64,000 nt of DNA from Longimicrobiales bacterium (GTDB taxonomy: Bacteria > Gemmatimonadota > Gemmatimonadetes > Longimicrobiales > Gaopeijiaceae): contig CBDCNQ010000003.1 of NCBI GenBank assembly GCA_965219445.1, positions 384,001-448,000 on the forward strand, given 5' to 3'. The number at the start of each line of letters is the position of its first letter. The stretch's first letter is position 1. Position numbers and translations under genes: made by a program. Positions 1 to 9,239 of this stretch are shown here, piece by piece. The notes below the pieces were generated by a model. It had not been told where the DNA came from. It did not search any database and was given only the letters and a program-made list of their open reading frames with translations.

Positions 1-557
1 TCGCGGCGGCCGGCGTCGATGCGGTGGTGGGGACGACGGGATGGCATGAACGCCTGGACGAAGCGACCGCAGCCGTAAACGGCGCCGGAACCGGGATGGT
101 TCACGCCGCCAATTTCTCACTCGGCGTGAATCTTTTCTTTCGCTTAGCCCGAGCGGCCGCCAAAATGGCCGACGCGCTGAGCGAGTACGACGTCCACATC
201 CGTGAAGCCCACCATCGGCATAAGGTTGACCATCCGAGTGGAACGGCTATCACGCTCGCGGATATTCTGATCGAGGAGTTGGCGCGGAAGGAGAGTTGGT
301 CGGCCACCCTACCCGATGGTGGACCGCATCCCCAGGTTCTTTATGTGGCCAGTGAGCGGGTCGGGGAAACGGCGGGATCGCACGTCCTCGGATTGGAGGG
401 GCCCGACGATCGGATCGAACTACGCCACGAGGCCCGGACCCGAGCGGGGTTCGCGAGGGGCGCGATCGCGGCGGCCGAGTGGATTCGGGGAAGGTCGGGC
501 GTGTTTACTTTGGACGATATGCTAGCCGAAACGTTCACATCTTCATCAAGCCTCTAG
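1..557 (+). CDS. dapB: 4-hydroxy-tetrahydrodipicolinate reductase (5' truncated by window edge)
   Basis: V(V)GTTGW, AANFSLGVN, EAHHRHKVDHPSGTA and R.GFARGA motifs; directly upstream of dapA. Confidence 0.95.
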   Translation, partial: AAAGVDAVVGTTGWHERLDEATAAVNGAGTGMVHAANFSLGVNLFFRLARAAAKMADALSEYDVHIREAHHRHKVDHPSGTAITLADILIEELARKESWSATLPDGGPHPQVLYVASERVGETAGSHVLGLEGPDDRIELRHEARTRAGFARGAIAAAEWIRGRSGVFTLDDMLAETFTSSSSL

Positions 558-568
558 TCTGTTACAGC

Positions 569-1474
569 ATGGAAAACATACGGTTCTCAGGTACTGGCGT
601 GGCCCTGGTCACACCCTTCCGCGGCGATGGCTCGATAGACGCGGAGGACCTCCGAAAGCACGTGGAGTTCCAGATTGAGAACGGTGTCCGGGTCATGGTC
701 CCCTGCGGCACGACAGGGGAGGGCGCCACTCTATCGACCGACGAGCAACGACTCGTGATCGGCACCACCGTCGAGGCGGCCCAGGGGAGGGCACTGGTCC
801 TCGCCGGAGCCGGCGGAAGCGATACGGCTGACGTCGTCCGTAAGGCTGGGGCGGCGCGCGAGGCGGGCGCGGACGGCATTCTTTCGGTCAGTCCGGCATA
901 CAACAAGCCGACTCAGCGGGGACTCGTCGAGCACTATCGAGCGGTCGCGGGTGCCGTGGATTGTCCTGTGATCATCTACAACGTCCCGGGTCGTACGTCA
1001 TCGAACGTCCTGCCTGAAACCGTGCTCACTCTGGCGGAGATCGAGAATATCACGGGGGTGAAGGAGGCCTCCGGCGATGTCGATCAGGTCATGACGCTTA
1101 TCCGGGAACGCCCGGAGGGGTTCACCATACTTTCAGGCGATGACGCGCTCACGTTTCCGCTGCTCGCGGCAGGGGCCGACGGAGTCATCTCGGTCGTGGC
1201 GAACTTGGCTCCCACCTTGATGTCACAGATGGTAGACAAAGCGCTTGACGGCGACTACGAGGGAGCTCGGGAGTTGCACTACCAGCTGTTGCCCTTGATG
1301 CGTGCCGTCTTCGTCGAAACGAACCCGATCCCGGTCAAGGCCGCCCTTGAGATCATGGGGCATAGACAGGCCCACTTCCGCCTGCCGCTCGTTCGGCCCA
1401 CATCCGAAGTCGAGGCCTTCCTACGGAGTGTCCTCATCGACACGGGTCTGTTGGAAGCGCGGGTCGCCAAGTGA
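569..1474 (+). CDS. dapA: 4-hydroxy-tetrahydrodipicolinate synthase
   Basis: ALVTPF, CGTTGE, YNKPTQ.G, IYNVPGRT, GVKEASG, ETNPIPVK motifs; start placed at ATG 569 (MENIRF). Confidence 0.96.
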   Translation: MENIRFSGTGVALVTPFRGDGSIDAEDLRKHVEFQIENGVRVMVPCGTTGEGATLSTDEQRLVIGTTVEAAQGRALVLAGAGGSDTADVVRKAGAAREAGADGILSVSPAYNKPTQRGLVEHYRAVAGAVDCPVIIYNVPGRTSSNVLPETVLTLAEIENITGVKEASGDVDQVMTLIRERPEGFTILSGDDALTFPLLAAGADGVISVVANLAPTLMSQMVDKALDGDYEGARELHYQLLPLMRAVFVETNPIPVKAALEIMGHRQAHFRLPLVRPTSEVEAFLRSVLIDTGLLEARVAK

Positions 1475-2385
1475 CGCGAGCAGGGGTGCGTAGCCAATCT
1501 GCGACCGGCGGCGGCACAGGCGGCCAAGGAGCTCAAGGTGCCCAGGAAGATTTGGAGAAGCTCGAGGCTCGGATCCGTCGCTGCTCCCAGGAGGGGGAGG
1601 ACAAGGACCCCGATGAGACACGGACGGCCGTCACCGCGCTCATGGATGCCCTCACTCGGGGCGCGGTGCGCTCCGCGCGGAAGGTCGACGGTGAATGGCA
1701 GGCCGTCGAGTGGGTCAAGACCGGTATCCTGCTCGCGTTCCGTATTGGCCGGGTCCGGGAGTTTTCGGCCGCTCCAGCTCCTTTTTTCGACAAGGACACG
1801 TTGCCTCTGCGCGACACCCTGGGCGTCGAAGAGAACATCCGTCTGGTCCCCGGCGGCACCTCGATCCGGTCCGGTGCCTTCCTCGGCCAGAACGTGATCG
1901 TCATGCCCCCGGCGTTCGTGAACGTCGGAGCGTATGTGGGCGCAGGCACGATGATCGACTCCCACGCCCTGGTGGGATCGTGCGCTCAGGTGGGCGAGCG
2001 CGTGCATCTAAGCGCCGGGGCCCAGCTCGGTGGCGTCCTCGAGCCCATTGGGCTTCGCCCAGTAATCGTGGAGGACGACGTGCTCATTGGCGGTAACGTG
2101 GGAGTCTTCGAAGGAACTCTGGTAGGAGAGCGGGCCGTGTTGGCTCCCGGCGTCCAACTCACTTCATCGACGACAGTGTACGACCTTGTACACGATGCAA
2201 CCCACCGCGCCGCTCCCCGACGACCCCTCACCATCCCTGATGGGGCCGTCGTCGTGCCCGGTGCACGCGAGGCGTCAGGAGCGTTCGCCCGTGAGCACGG
2301 GATCCATCTATATGCCCCGATCATCGTGAAATACCGCGACGCCTCGACGGACGCTGCTACGGCGCTCGAAGAAGCGCTCCGCTGA
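1471..2385 (+). CDS. dapD: tetrahydrodipicolinate N-succinyltransferase
   Basis: WVKTGILL.FR, FFDK, hexapeptide repeats VNVGAYVG.GTMIDS..LVGSCAQVG..VHLSAG, GGVLEP; GTGA overlap with dapA. Confidence 0.93.
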   Translation: MTRAGVRSQSATGGGTGGQGAQGAQEDLEKLEARIRRCSQEGEDKDPDETRTAVTALMDALTRGAVRSARKVDGEWQAVEWVKTGILLAFRIGRVREFSAAPAPFFDKDTLPLRDTLGVEENIRLVPGGTSIRSGAFLGQNVIVMPPAFVNVGAYVGAGTMIDSHALVGSCAQVGERVHLSAGAQLGGVLEPIGLRPVIVEDDVLIGGNVGVFEGTLVGERAVLAPGVQLTSSTTVYDLVHDATHRAAPRRPLTIPDGAVVVPGAREASGAFAREHGIHLYAPIIVKYRDASTDAATALEEALR

Positions 2386-2413
2386 GTTGCTCGACCTCAC
2401 CCCCTAATCGACC

Positions 2414-3718
2414 ATGCGTAGAAACCTCCTCCACGTCGGCGCGGCAAACCTCAAGTACGAAATCCGCGAGATCGTAGTCGCGGCCCACGATCTCGAACGG
2501 TTCGGCCTCGAGCTTATGTGGGAGAACATCGGAGATCCGGTACAGAAAGGAGAAATCCCTCCGCAGTGGATCCGTGACACGATTACGGACCTCGTGCAGG
2601 AGGCTCCGTCCTGGGCCTACTGCGACACGCAGGGCGTGCCCGAGTCGCGTGAATTCGTCGCGGAGGAGGTCAACCGACGAGACGGGGTCCGTGTTTCTCC
2701 GGACGATATCATGTTCTTCAACGGCCTCGGCGACGCCGTGGCAAAGGTGTACGGCTTCCTCAACCGGGAGGCCCGCATTCTGGGTCCCTCGCCGGCGTAC
2801 AGCACACACTCTTCGGCCGAGGCCGCGCACTCCGGGTACAGCCACGTCACGTACGACCTAGACCCCCACAACGGGTGGATGCCAGACGTCGACGACATCC
2901 GGAGCAAGGTCCATTACAACGATTCCATTGCCGGCATTCTACTGCTCACGCCGGACAACCCGACGGGGGCGGTCTACCCTCGCGAGATCGTGGAGGAAAT
3001 CGCGGCCATCGCCCATGAGAACGAGATCTTTTTGATCGCGGACGAGATCTATGCCAACATCGTGTACAATGGCACGGGCCGCCTAAACATGAGCGAGTGG
3101 ATCGGAGACGTTCCCGGACTCGCGATGCGGGGAATCAGCAAGGAGTTTCCGTGGCCGGGTGCGCGTTGCGGGTGGTTGGAGATCCTCAACAAGGGCAAGG
3201 ACGGCAACTTCGCTCAGTACGTGGACAGCCTGCTCGCCGCGAAGCGCTTGGAAGTGTCTTCTACAACGCTTCCTCAGATGGCGATTCCTCGGATCATGGG
3301 AGACCCACGCTATCCTGAACATCTCGACTCGCGGGAGAAAAAATTCTCCGAGAGGGCTGACGAGATGGCCGACGCGTTCGCTGATTGCGAGCACATCATC
3401 GTGAACAAGCCTGGAGGCGCCTTCTATTACACGGTCATGTTCAAAGACGGGCTCCTCGACAACAGCCAGTCTCTTCCCATCGAAAATCCGAAGATAAGAG
3501 AGACCATCGAGCGGATGACGCGGGGCGTCGAGCCCGACAAGCGCTTCGTCTCCTACCTGATGGGCGCCACCGGCATCGTGGTGGTCCCCCTCACGGGCTT
3601 TCAGTGCGCACACCACGGATTCCGCGCCACGCTCCTCGAAAGCGATGACGACAAGCGGGCGTGGATTCTAAAGTCGCTTCGCGACGCGATCGATCAATAT
3701 GTGGCCAGCTCAGGGTAA
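2414..3718 (+). CDS. PLP-dependent aminotransferase class I/II (AlaA-like)
   Basis: YEIR...ENIGDP N-terminus, PDNPTGAVY, IADEIY, PLP lysine in GISKEFPWPGARCGW. Confidence 0.88.
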   Translation: MRRNLLHVGAANLKYEIREIVVAAHDLERFGLELMWENIGDPVQKGEIPPQWIRDTITDLVQEAPSWAYCDTQGVPESREFVAEEVNRRDGVRVSPDDIMFFNGLGDAVAKVYGFLNREARILGPSPAYSTHSSAEAAHSGYSHVTYDLDPHNGWMPDVDDIRSKVHYNDSIAGILLLTPDNPTGAVYPREIVEEIAAIAHENEIFLIADEIYANIVYNGTGRLNMSEWIGDVPGLAMRGISKEFPWPGARCGWLEILNKGKDGNFAQYVDSLLAAKRLEVSSTTLPQMAIPRIMGDPRYPEHLDSREKKFSERADEMADAFADCEHIIVNKPGGAFYYTVMFKDGLLDNSQSLPIENPKIRETIERMTRGVEPDKRFVSYLMGATGIVVVPLTGFQCAHHGFRATLLESDDDKRAWILKSLRDAIDQYVASSG

Positions 3719-3744
3719 GCGCATCATGTGGCCAGCTCAGGGTA
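3699..3744. repeat. 19-bp direct repeat ATGTGGCCAGCTCAGGGTA x2 at a convergent gene junction
   Basis: Exact copies at 3699-3717 and 3726-3744. Confidence 0.9.
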
Positions 3745-4639
3745 GGTCCATCGCCAGCGAGCAGGCTCCCCTCGCCCCGTCCAGAGCACGATCTTGAAGC
3801 CGACAGGGCAGTCCTTCGATCGCCCGGATCAAACGGGACCGAAGGGGCCCGTCCTCCTCGATCAGCCCACCTGCGAGGGCAACCTCAGGGGTGGCGGGCC
3901 CGGGTTCGAGACGCCGCATAAGAGTCCGGACATGCTCGACGAGTTCGTCCACAGCCTTGTCGATGACCCTCGTGGCGGCTCGGTCCCCAGCCTCCGCCAC
4001 CTCGCAGATCAAGGGGACCAGAGAAGCCACGTCGGCCTTCCGCGCCGTTGCCATCCATTTGATCAAGTCTGGGGGACGCCCCACCCCTAACACCTTGAGG
4101 ACCGGATCGCGAAGATCGGTGGAAACCCCACGGCCGTCCTCGCCTCGAGCGAGAGCGCGGAGGGCGGACATCCCGATCCGATATCCGCTTCCCTCATCCC
4201 CCAAGTGCGCGCCCCACCCCCCGACTCGAACCCTGGAGCCATCCAGTCTCCTGCCCAGAGCGATGGATCCCGTCCCTGAGATCAGCAAGATCCCCGGTCC
4301 GGACGGGAACGCGTCGTGAAAGGTCGCCTCGGCGTCGGCGCCGACCGCCGTACGCGAGGACAGCCCCGCGTCCCGAAGCGCCTCCTCCACAACACCCATT
4401 GTGGGCTCGGTACCTGCCCCCGCGATTCCGGCCCAGAGGCCAGCCACCGGCAGATCCGCTCCGCCTCTTAACGCAACCTCACGGCAAAGATCCGCGATCA
4501 CACCAATGGTCGCATTCGGGTTCCCTGGATCCACCAGCGTGGGGGGACCTTCGACACGTGCGCATTCCCGGCCTGTTCCGTCGACAAGCGCCACCCGGGT
4601 GCGAGTTCCTCCCCCATCGACACCCAAGAAGAAACTCAC
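3737..4639 (-). CDS. BadF/BadG/BcrA/BcrD-family ATPase, N-acetylglucosamine/N-acetylmuramic acid kinase-like
   Basis: LGVDGGGTRT, AGIAGAG, ISGTGS, GGWGAHLGDEGSGY.IG, ALAGG motifs; start placed at GTG 4639; peptidoglycan-recycling context. Confidence 0.88.
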   Translation of the reverse strand: MSFFLGVDGGGTRTRVALVDGTGRECARVEGPPTLVDPGNPNATIGVIADLCREVALRGGADLPVAGLWAGIAGAGTEPTMGVVEEALRDAGLSSRTAVGADAEATFHDAFPSGPGILLISGTGSIALGRRLDGSRVRVGGWGAHLGDEGSGYRIGMSALRALARGEDGRGVSTDLRDPVLKVLGVGRPPDLIKWMATARKADVASLVPLICEVAEAGDRAATRVIDKAVDELVEHVRTLMRRLEPGPATPEVALAGGLIEEDGPLRSRLIRAIEGLPCRLQDRALDGARGACSLAMDLP

Positions 4640-4646
4640 GGCACGT

Positions 4647-6119
4647 TCAAGGTGACGGGGAGGTGCCGGAGAGGCCTGATCTGTGAGGGGTCGAGCCCTG
4701 CCCCAGCACCCAACCCACGGCGGCGGTGACGGCCGTGCCGATCGGCACGAACCAGGGCCACGCCACGTCCGCACGGGCAAACACCCAAATGGCAGTGACG
4801 ACGCCGATGCCCGCGATCATCCCTACGATGGCACTGCTTTGGTCGGCCCTCCGTGAACGAACTGCCAAAATGAACGTCCCCAGCAGGCCCCCGTACACCA
4901 TGGAAGCGATGGCGAGCGCCACCTCAACGGCGGTGTTCCCCGCGCTCAGCGGGATGAACAACACGCCCCCACCCACGAGAAGCGTGGCCCAGACGAGGGT
5001 GAATAGCTTCCCCGCTCGAAGCGTACGGGCTTCATCGCCCTCGGCCCCGGTCAAGGGAGCCCAAAAATCGTACGCCGTCGCCGATGCGAGGGAGTTGATC
5101 GAAGAAGAGAGAGACGACATCGCGGCGGCGAAGACCCCCGCGACGAGAAGCCCGCTGATCCCCCGAGGGAGCTCCTCCACCACGAACCGTGCGAAAATCT
5201 CGTCGCTGGTGCCGAACGTCCTGCCTTCATAATACGCCCACAGCCCGACGCCGACGAGCAAGAACAGCAGAAACTGACCGATCACCACGACGCCACTTCC
5301 CACGAGCGCCTTCTTGCTGGCCGAAAGATCCCTACAGGTGAGGAGCCGTTGGACGATGAGTTGATCGGTCCCATGCGACGCCATCGTTAGGAAGCCACCC
5401 CCCAGAACGCCGGCCCAGAGTGTATACGGAATGGCGAAGTCGAGTGACAGCTCCACGACGGCCAACTTGCCCGCCTCACCCGCGCTACTCAGAATGCCCG
5501 CCCAACCTTCCGGCGTGAGTACCTGAAGCGCAGCGATCGCCACGAGGGCGCCCAGGAGGTACAAGCCCATCTGTAAAGCATCGACCCAAACGACCGCCTT
5601 GATTCCCCCGAAATAGGTGTACACCAGGGTCATCGCCCCGATCACGACGATCGACACCGGATAATCCCACCCCGTGACCAGGGCTAGGGGGATCGCGGTG
5701 GCAAACAGCCTTACCGAATCCGCCAGCAACCGCGTGACCATGAAAACGGCCGACGCGAACCGTCGAGCCCCTTGCCCAAATCGTCGTTCAAGAAGGGCGT
5801 AGGCCGTGCTCAACTCGCCGCGGTAATACGCCGGCAAAAGGAACACCGACACGACCACCCGGCCAGCCAAATACCCGAATGTCAATTGGAGAAAACCGAG
5901 CGTGCCCAGGTAAGAGACACCAGGGATGCTCAAGAAAGTGAGGGTACTCGTCTCGGTAGCGACCACCGACAGCATCACCGCCACCCACGGAAGCTCCCGG
6001 TTCCCGAGGAAGTAGTCCTGCCCGCCGGTCTGCCCACGTCCCAGCCACGCTCCCCACGCCGTGACCCCCAGGAGGTAGACAAAGAGTACGCCGAAGTCGA
6101 GCGGGGTAAAAGCGTTCAG
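4647..6119 (-). CDS. sodium:solute symporter (SSS family), likely amino-sugar/muropeptide uptake
   Basis: DYFLGNRELPW, SVVATETSTLTFLSIPG, GGIKAVVWVD, HGTDQLIVQRLL, AAMSSLSSSINSLAS. The frame is open upstream of the listed GTG 5984 to a CTG at 6119, which restores TM1. Confidence 0.9.
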   Translation of the reverse strand: MNAFTPLDFGVLFVYLLGVTAWGAWLGRGQTGGQDYFLGNRELPWVAVMLSVVATETSTLTFLSIPGVSYLGTLGFLQLTFGYLAGRVVVSVFLLPAYYRGELSTAYALLERRFGQGARRFASAVFMVTRLLADSVRLFATAIPLALVTGWDYPVSIVVIGAMTLVYTYFGGIKAVVWVDALQMGLYLLGALVAIAALQVLTPEGWAGILSSAGEAGKLAVVELSLDFAIPYTLWAGVLGGGFLTMASHGTDQLIVQRLLTCRDLSASKKALVGSGVVVIGQFLLFLLVGVGLWAYYEGRTFGTSDEIFARFVVEELPRGISGLLVAGVFAAAMSSLSSSINSLASATAYDFWAPLTGAEGDEARTLRAGKLFTLVWATLLVGGGVLFIPLSAGNTAVEVALAIASMVYGGLLGTFILAVRSRRADQSSAIVGMIAGIGVVTAIWVFARADVAWPWFVPIGTAVTAAVGWVLGQGSTPHRSGLSGTSPSP

Positions 6120-6161
6120 GCGCCCCCCCAGGGGCTCGAGGGGTCAGGACATCCGGTGGGC

Positions 6162-9100
6162 TCAGCCCCCACGGAGTGGAACCTCCTGGTCATTGATCGC
6201 AAGCGCCGCAATATCGTGGACAGCACGGCGTAGGGGTACGTGCTTCGTGTTGCTCCTAGTGGGATTCACTCGGTTGGTCAGCAGCACGACGAACATGTCG
6301 AGTTCAGGATCAATCCAGATCGAGGTCCCCGTGAAGCCAGTGTGCCCGAACGCGCTCTGCGAAAGGTAGTCACCAGCCGACGACTGAGGGCTGGGCGTGT
6401 CCCAGCCCAGGGCGCGTGAGGCATGGGAATCGAATCGCCTGGTAAACGCTTCCACGGTCTCCTCGGACACCAATCGCACGGGGCCGGCAACGCCAGCGGC
6501 ACAAATCCTCTCGCTTGAAACGTCGACATCCTCGGGAAGGGTTCCATCTAAATCCACTCCGCCATTGTCGGAGTCCTCCCGCTCACAGCCCGGCAGAAGC
6601 CCCCCATCGAGCAGCGTCTGCGCCAGGATCGCCAGGTCGGAAGCCGTAGAGAAGAGGCCCGCATGCCCGGCGACCCCGCCGATCGCATACGCATTCTCGT
6701 CGTGGACGACCCCATGCACATGCGTGTTCCGAAACACCGTGTCGACCTCCGTCGGGGCGATCCGGTTCCTCAGCGCCTCAGCGGGACGAAAACGTGTATC
6801 GTTCATCCCGAGGCGCTCCCACACGCGCTCGGTGAGGAACTCATCGAGTTCCTGGCCGCTCAGCCGCTCGATGATGAAACCCACAACCATCAAGCCGATG
6901 TCCGAATAGACGGTCCGAGTACCGGGGTCGTAGCCCAACCCCAACTCGCCGATGGCGCTCCGGTATTCGTCTCTGCCTTCCATCTCGAGATAGAATCGCC
7001 GGAACGGAGGCAAGCCGGCCCGGTGAAGGAGGAGATGACGGACCGTCACGCTCTCCTTGGCCGGATCCCCCGCTGCCCACCACGGAAGATACTCGACCAC
7101 CGGCGCGTCCAGATCCAGACGCCCTTCCTCCACCAACATCATGGCTGCCGTGGTGGTTCCCACGACCTTGGTGAGGGATGCGAGATCGTAGATCGAACGG
7201 ATATCGGCGGAGCTGGCGGAACGGGACCAGTCCAGTTTCCCGTAGCCGCGGAGACGCACGAACCGCCCGTGCCGCGCAATCGCCAGAACGGCCCCGGGTG
7301 ACGCCGAGTCGGCCAGCGCCCCGGCCACGAGGGAGTCGAGTTCCGCGAGGCGGTCGGCGTCCATGCCTACGATCTCCGGATCGACCTCCGCCGAGGACTG
7401 CGTCACGGGAACCGGATCCGGCAGCGCAGATCGCGCAAGTCCATCACCGATTCCGTGGAAGGGCGGAATGGACACGGGCAAGCGTCCGCTGATGGCCGCC
7501 TGGCCGAAGAGCGCCCTCACCGCAGCGTTCTGAGAACCCTCATGCGATCCCCAGGCAATCAGATACCCCGGTGACTCCGGCAGAGCCGCCAGCAGATAGG
7601 GATTTCCGAAAGAGATCACCATCATCGGGTGCTGCGGGCCCACCGTCGCGATGAAGTCGGCCATGTCCTCCGAAACCGAGACCTCACCCGTCCCTGACCT
7701 CGGAGGCACGTAAGCACTCACGATCACGAGGTCGGCCTTCCCGGCCGAGGCCTTGAGCGAGTCGTAGACCTCCGTCGGAGTCTCGGGCCCGACCCGGGCT
7801 CGCTTCACCGCCTCGACCCGACTCGCGAGCGCGAGATCGAACGTGTTGCCGGCGATCAGGTTGTCCGTGCGCGCGTAAGTAAGGCTGAGGACGCTCCTCG
7901 TCCAGATTGAATCCACGGGTAAAACGGTGTCCCGGTCCCGAAGAAGTGTGATGGACCGCGTGGCGACCGTGTCCGCGAAAGCCAAGTGTTCTGCCGCCCC
8001 CACCACTTCGTCCACGGCATCCAAATCGACCATCCGGCCCCGGTGCAGGCCAGCCCGCGCCTTGGTCTCCAGTATACGACGGGCGGAAGCACGAATCCGG
8101 GCCGGCTCGAGCCGTCCTTCGTCCAGCGCCGCCATCACGGCATCGATTGCCTCCGTCACATCGGTCGGCATCAGGAGCACATCACTGCCGGCCTCGAGAG
8201 CCAATACCGACACTTCTCCGGTGCCGTACCGTTCCGAGAGTGCGCCCATGACGAGCGCGTCCGTGAAGAGGAGCCCGTCGAAATCCATGTCGTCCCGTAG
8301 CAGGTCAGTCATGAATCGAGCATCGAACGTGGCCGGCGCTCCCTCCAATCCCTGCACTCCTGACACGACAACGTGGGCGGTCATGACGGCATCCACTCCC
8401 TGGTCGATGGCCCTCCGGAAGGGCACGAGCTCGAGTGAGTTGAGCCGATCCAAATCCGCCGGTACCACCGGGAGGGCGACATGAGAATCGGTTTGGGTGT
8501 CGCCGTGCCCGGGGAAGTGTTTCGCGGTCGCCAGGACTCCGCCCTCATGAGAGCCCTCGATGAAGGCCGCTCCGAGACGGGCCACCGTCTCCGGGTCCTC
8601 GCCGAAGGAACGGGTGTTGATCACCGGATTTTCCGGATTCGAGTTCACGTCCAAAACGGGAGCAAAATTGAGATGCAGCCCCACGGCCTTCGCCTCCACC
8701 GCGGTAATTCGGCCGTACTCCCGAGCGAAGCGCTCATCCCCGATGGCCCCGAATGCCATCGTCGGCGGGAAGCTCGTTCCACCACCCTGTGGAAGGAGCG
8801 ACGGAAGAGCATAGGAATGGTTGATCCGCATGCCCGGCCCACCGTTCTCGAAATCGGAGGTCACCAACAGTGGAATTCGGGACCGAGCCTGTAGCTCGTT
8901 GATCTTGGCCGCATACGAATGGGGAAGGCCGATCGACAGGTAGATGCCCCCGATCTCCTCGTCCTCAACCCATCCCGCCCATTCCTGAAACTCGGGGCTA
9001 CTGGTCGACGCATACGATCCGGGCAGCCATTGGATTACGAGTTGGGCGACCTGCTGGCGGAGGGTCAGCGAAGCAAGAGTCTCATCGACCCACCGCTGAG

Positions 9101-9239
9101 CTTCTGCGCTCAATGCGGCTCTGCCGGGAGCTACCGGGCCCGCGCCCGTGATCGACATGGATCCCATCCCACCAGCACCACACCCACTCGACCACAGAAC
9201 TACCAGGACCGCCACGTAAGCGAACGTCCTACCTCCCAC
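6162..9239 (-). CDS. lipoprotein: GH3 beta-N-acetylglucosaminidase fused to a beta-lactamase-family serine hydrolase
   Basis: Lipobox-like SSGC; GH3 motifs FAPVLDVNSNP.NP, KHFPGHG, DSH, FTDAL; C-terminal SxxK (ASLTK), YSD and GHTGFTGT motifs. Confidence 0.92.
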   Translation of the reverse strand: MGGRTFAYVAVLVVLWSSGCGAGGMGSMSITGAGPVAPGRAALSAEAQRWVDETLASLTLRQQVAQLVIQWLPGSYASTSSPEFQEWAGWVEDEEIGGIYLSIGLPHSYAAKINELQARSRIPLLVTSDFENGGPGMRINHSYALPSLLPQGGGTSFPPTMAFGAIGDERFAREYGRITAVEAKAVGLHLNFAPVLDVNSNPENPVINTRSFGEDPETVARLGAAFIEGSHEGGVLATAKHFPGHGDTQTDSHVALPVVPADLDRLNSLELVPFRRAIDQGVDAVMTAHVVVSGVQGLEGAPATFDARFMTDLLRDDMDFDGLLFTDALVMGALSERYGTGEVSVLALEAGSDVLLMPTDVTEAIDAVMAALDEGRLEPARIRASARRILETKARAGLHRGRMVDLDAVDEVVGAAEHLAFADTVATRSITLLRDRDTVLPVDSIWTRSVLSLTYARTDNLIAGNTFDLALASRVEAVKRARVGPETPTEVYDSLKASAGKADLVIVSAYVPPRSGTGEVSVSEDMADFIATVGPQHPMMVISFGNPYLLAALPESPGYLIAWGSHEGSQNAAVRALFGQAAISGRLPVSIPPFHGIGDGLARSALPDPVPVTQSSAEVDPEIVGMDADRLAELDSLVAGALADSASPGAVLAIARHGRFVRLRGYGKLDWSRSASSADIRSIYDLASLTKVVGTTTAAMMLVEEGRLDLDAPVVEYLPWWAAGDPAKESVTVRHLLLHRAGLPPFRRFYLEMEGRDEYRSAIGELGLGYDPGTRTVYSDIGLMVVGFIIERLSGQELDEFLTERVWERLGMNDTRFRPAEALRNRIAPTEVDTVFRNTHVHGVVHDENAYAIGGVAGHAGLFSTASDLAILAQTLLDGGLLPGCEREDSDNGGVDLDGTLPEDVDVSSERICAAGVAGPVRLVSEETVEAFTRRFDSHASRALGWDTPSPQSSAGDYLSQSAFGHTGFTGTSIWIDPELDMFVVLLTNRVNPTRSNTKHVPLRRAVHDIAALAINDQEVPLRGG

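Noticed and set aside
6144..6152. Selenocysteine or readthrough at the in-frame TGA after ATG-TCC
   Set aside because: It would be residue 3 of a non-conserved extension on a transporter; I see no SECIS support and the CTG start is simpler.
6162..7420. Beta-lactam resistance gene
   Set aside because: The SxxK domain is fused to GH3 in a peptidoglycan-recycling operon, so an amidase/esterase role is more plausible.
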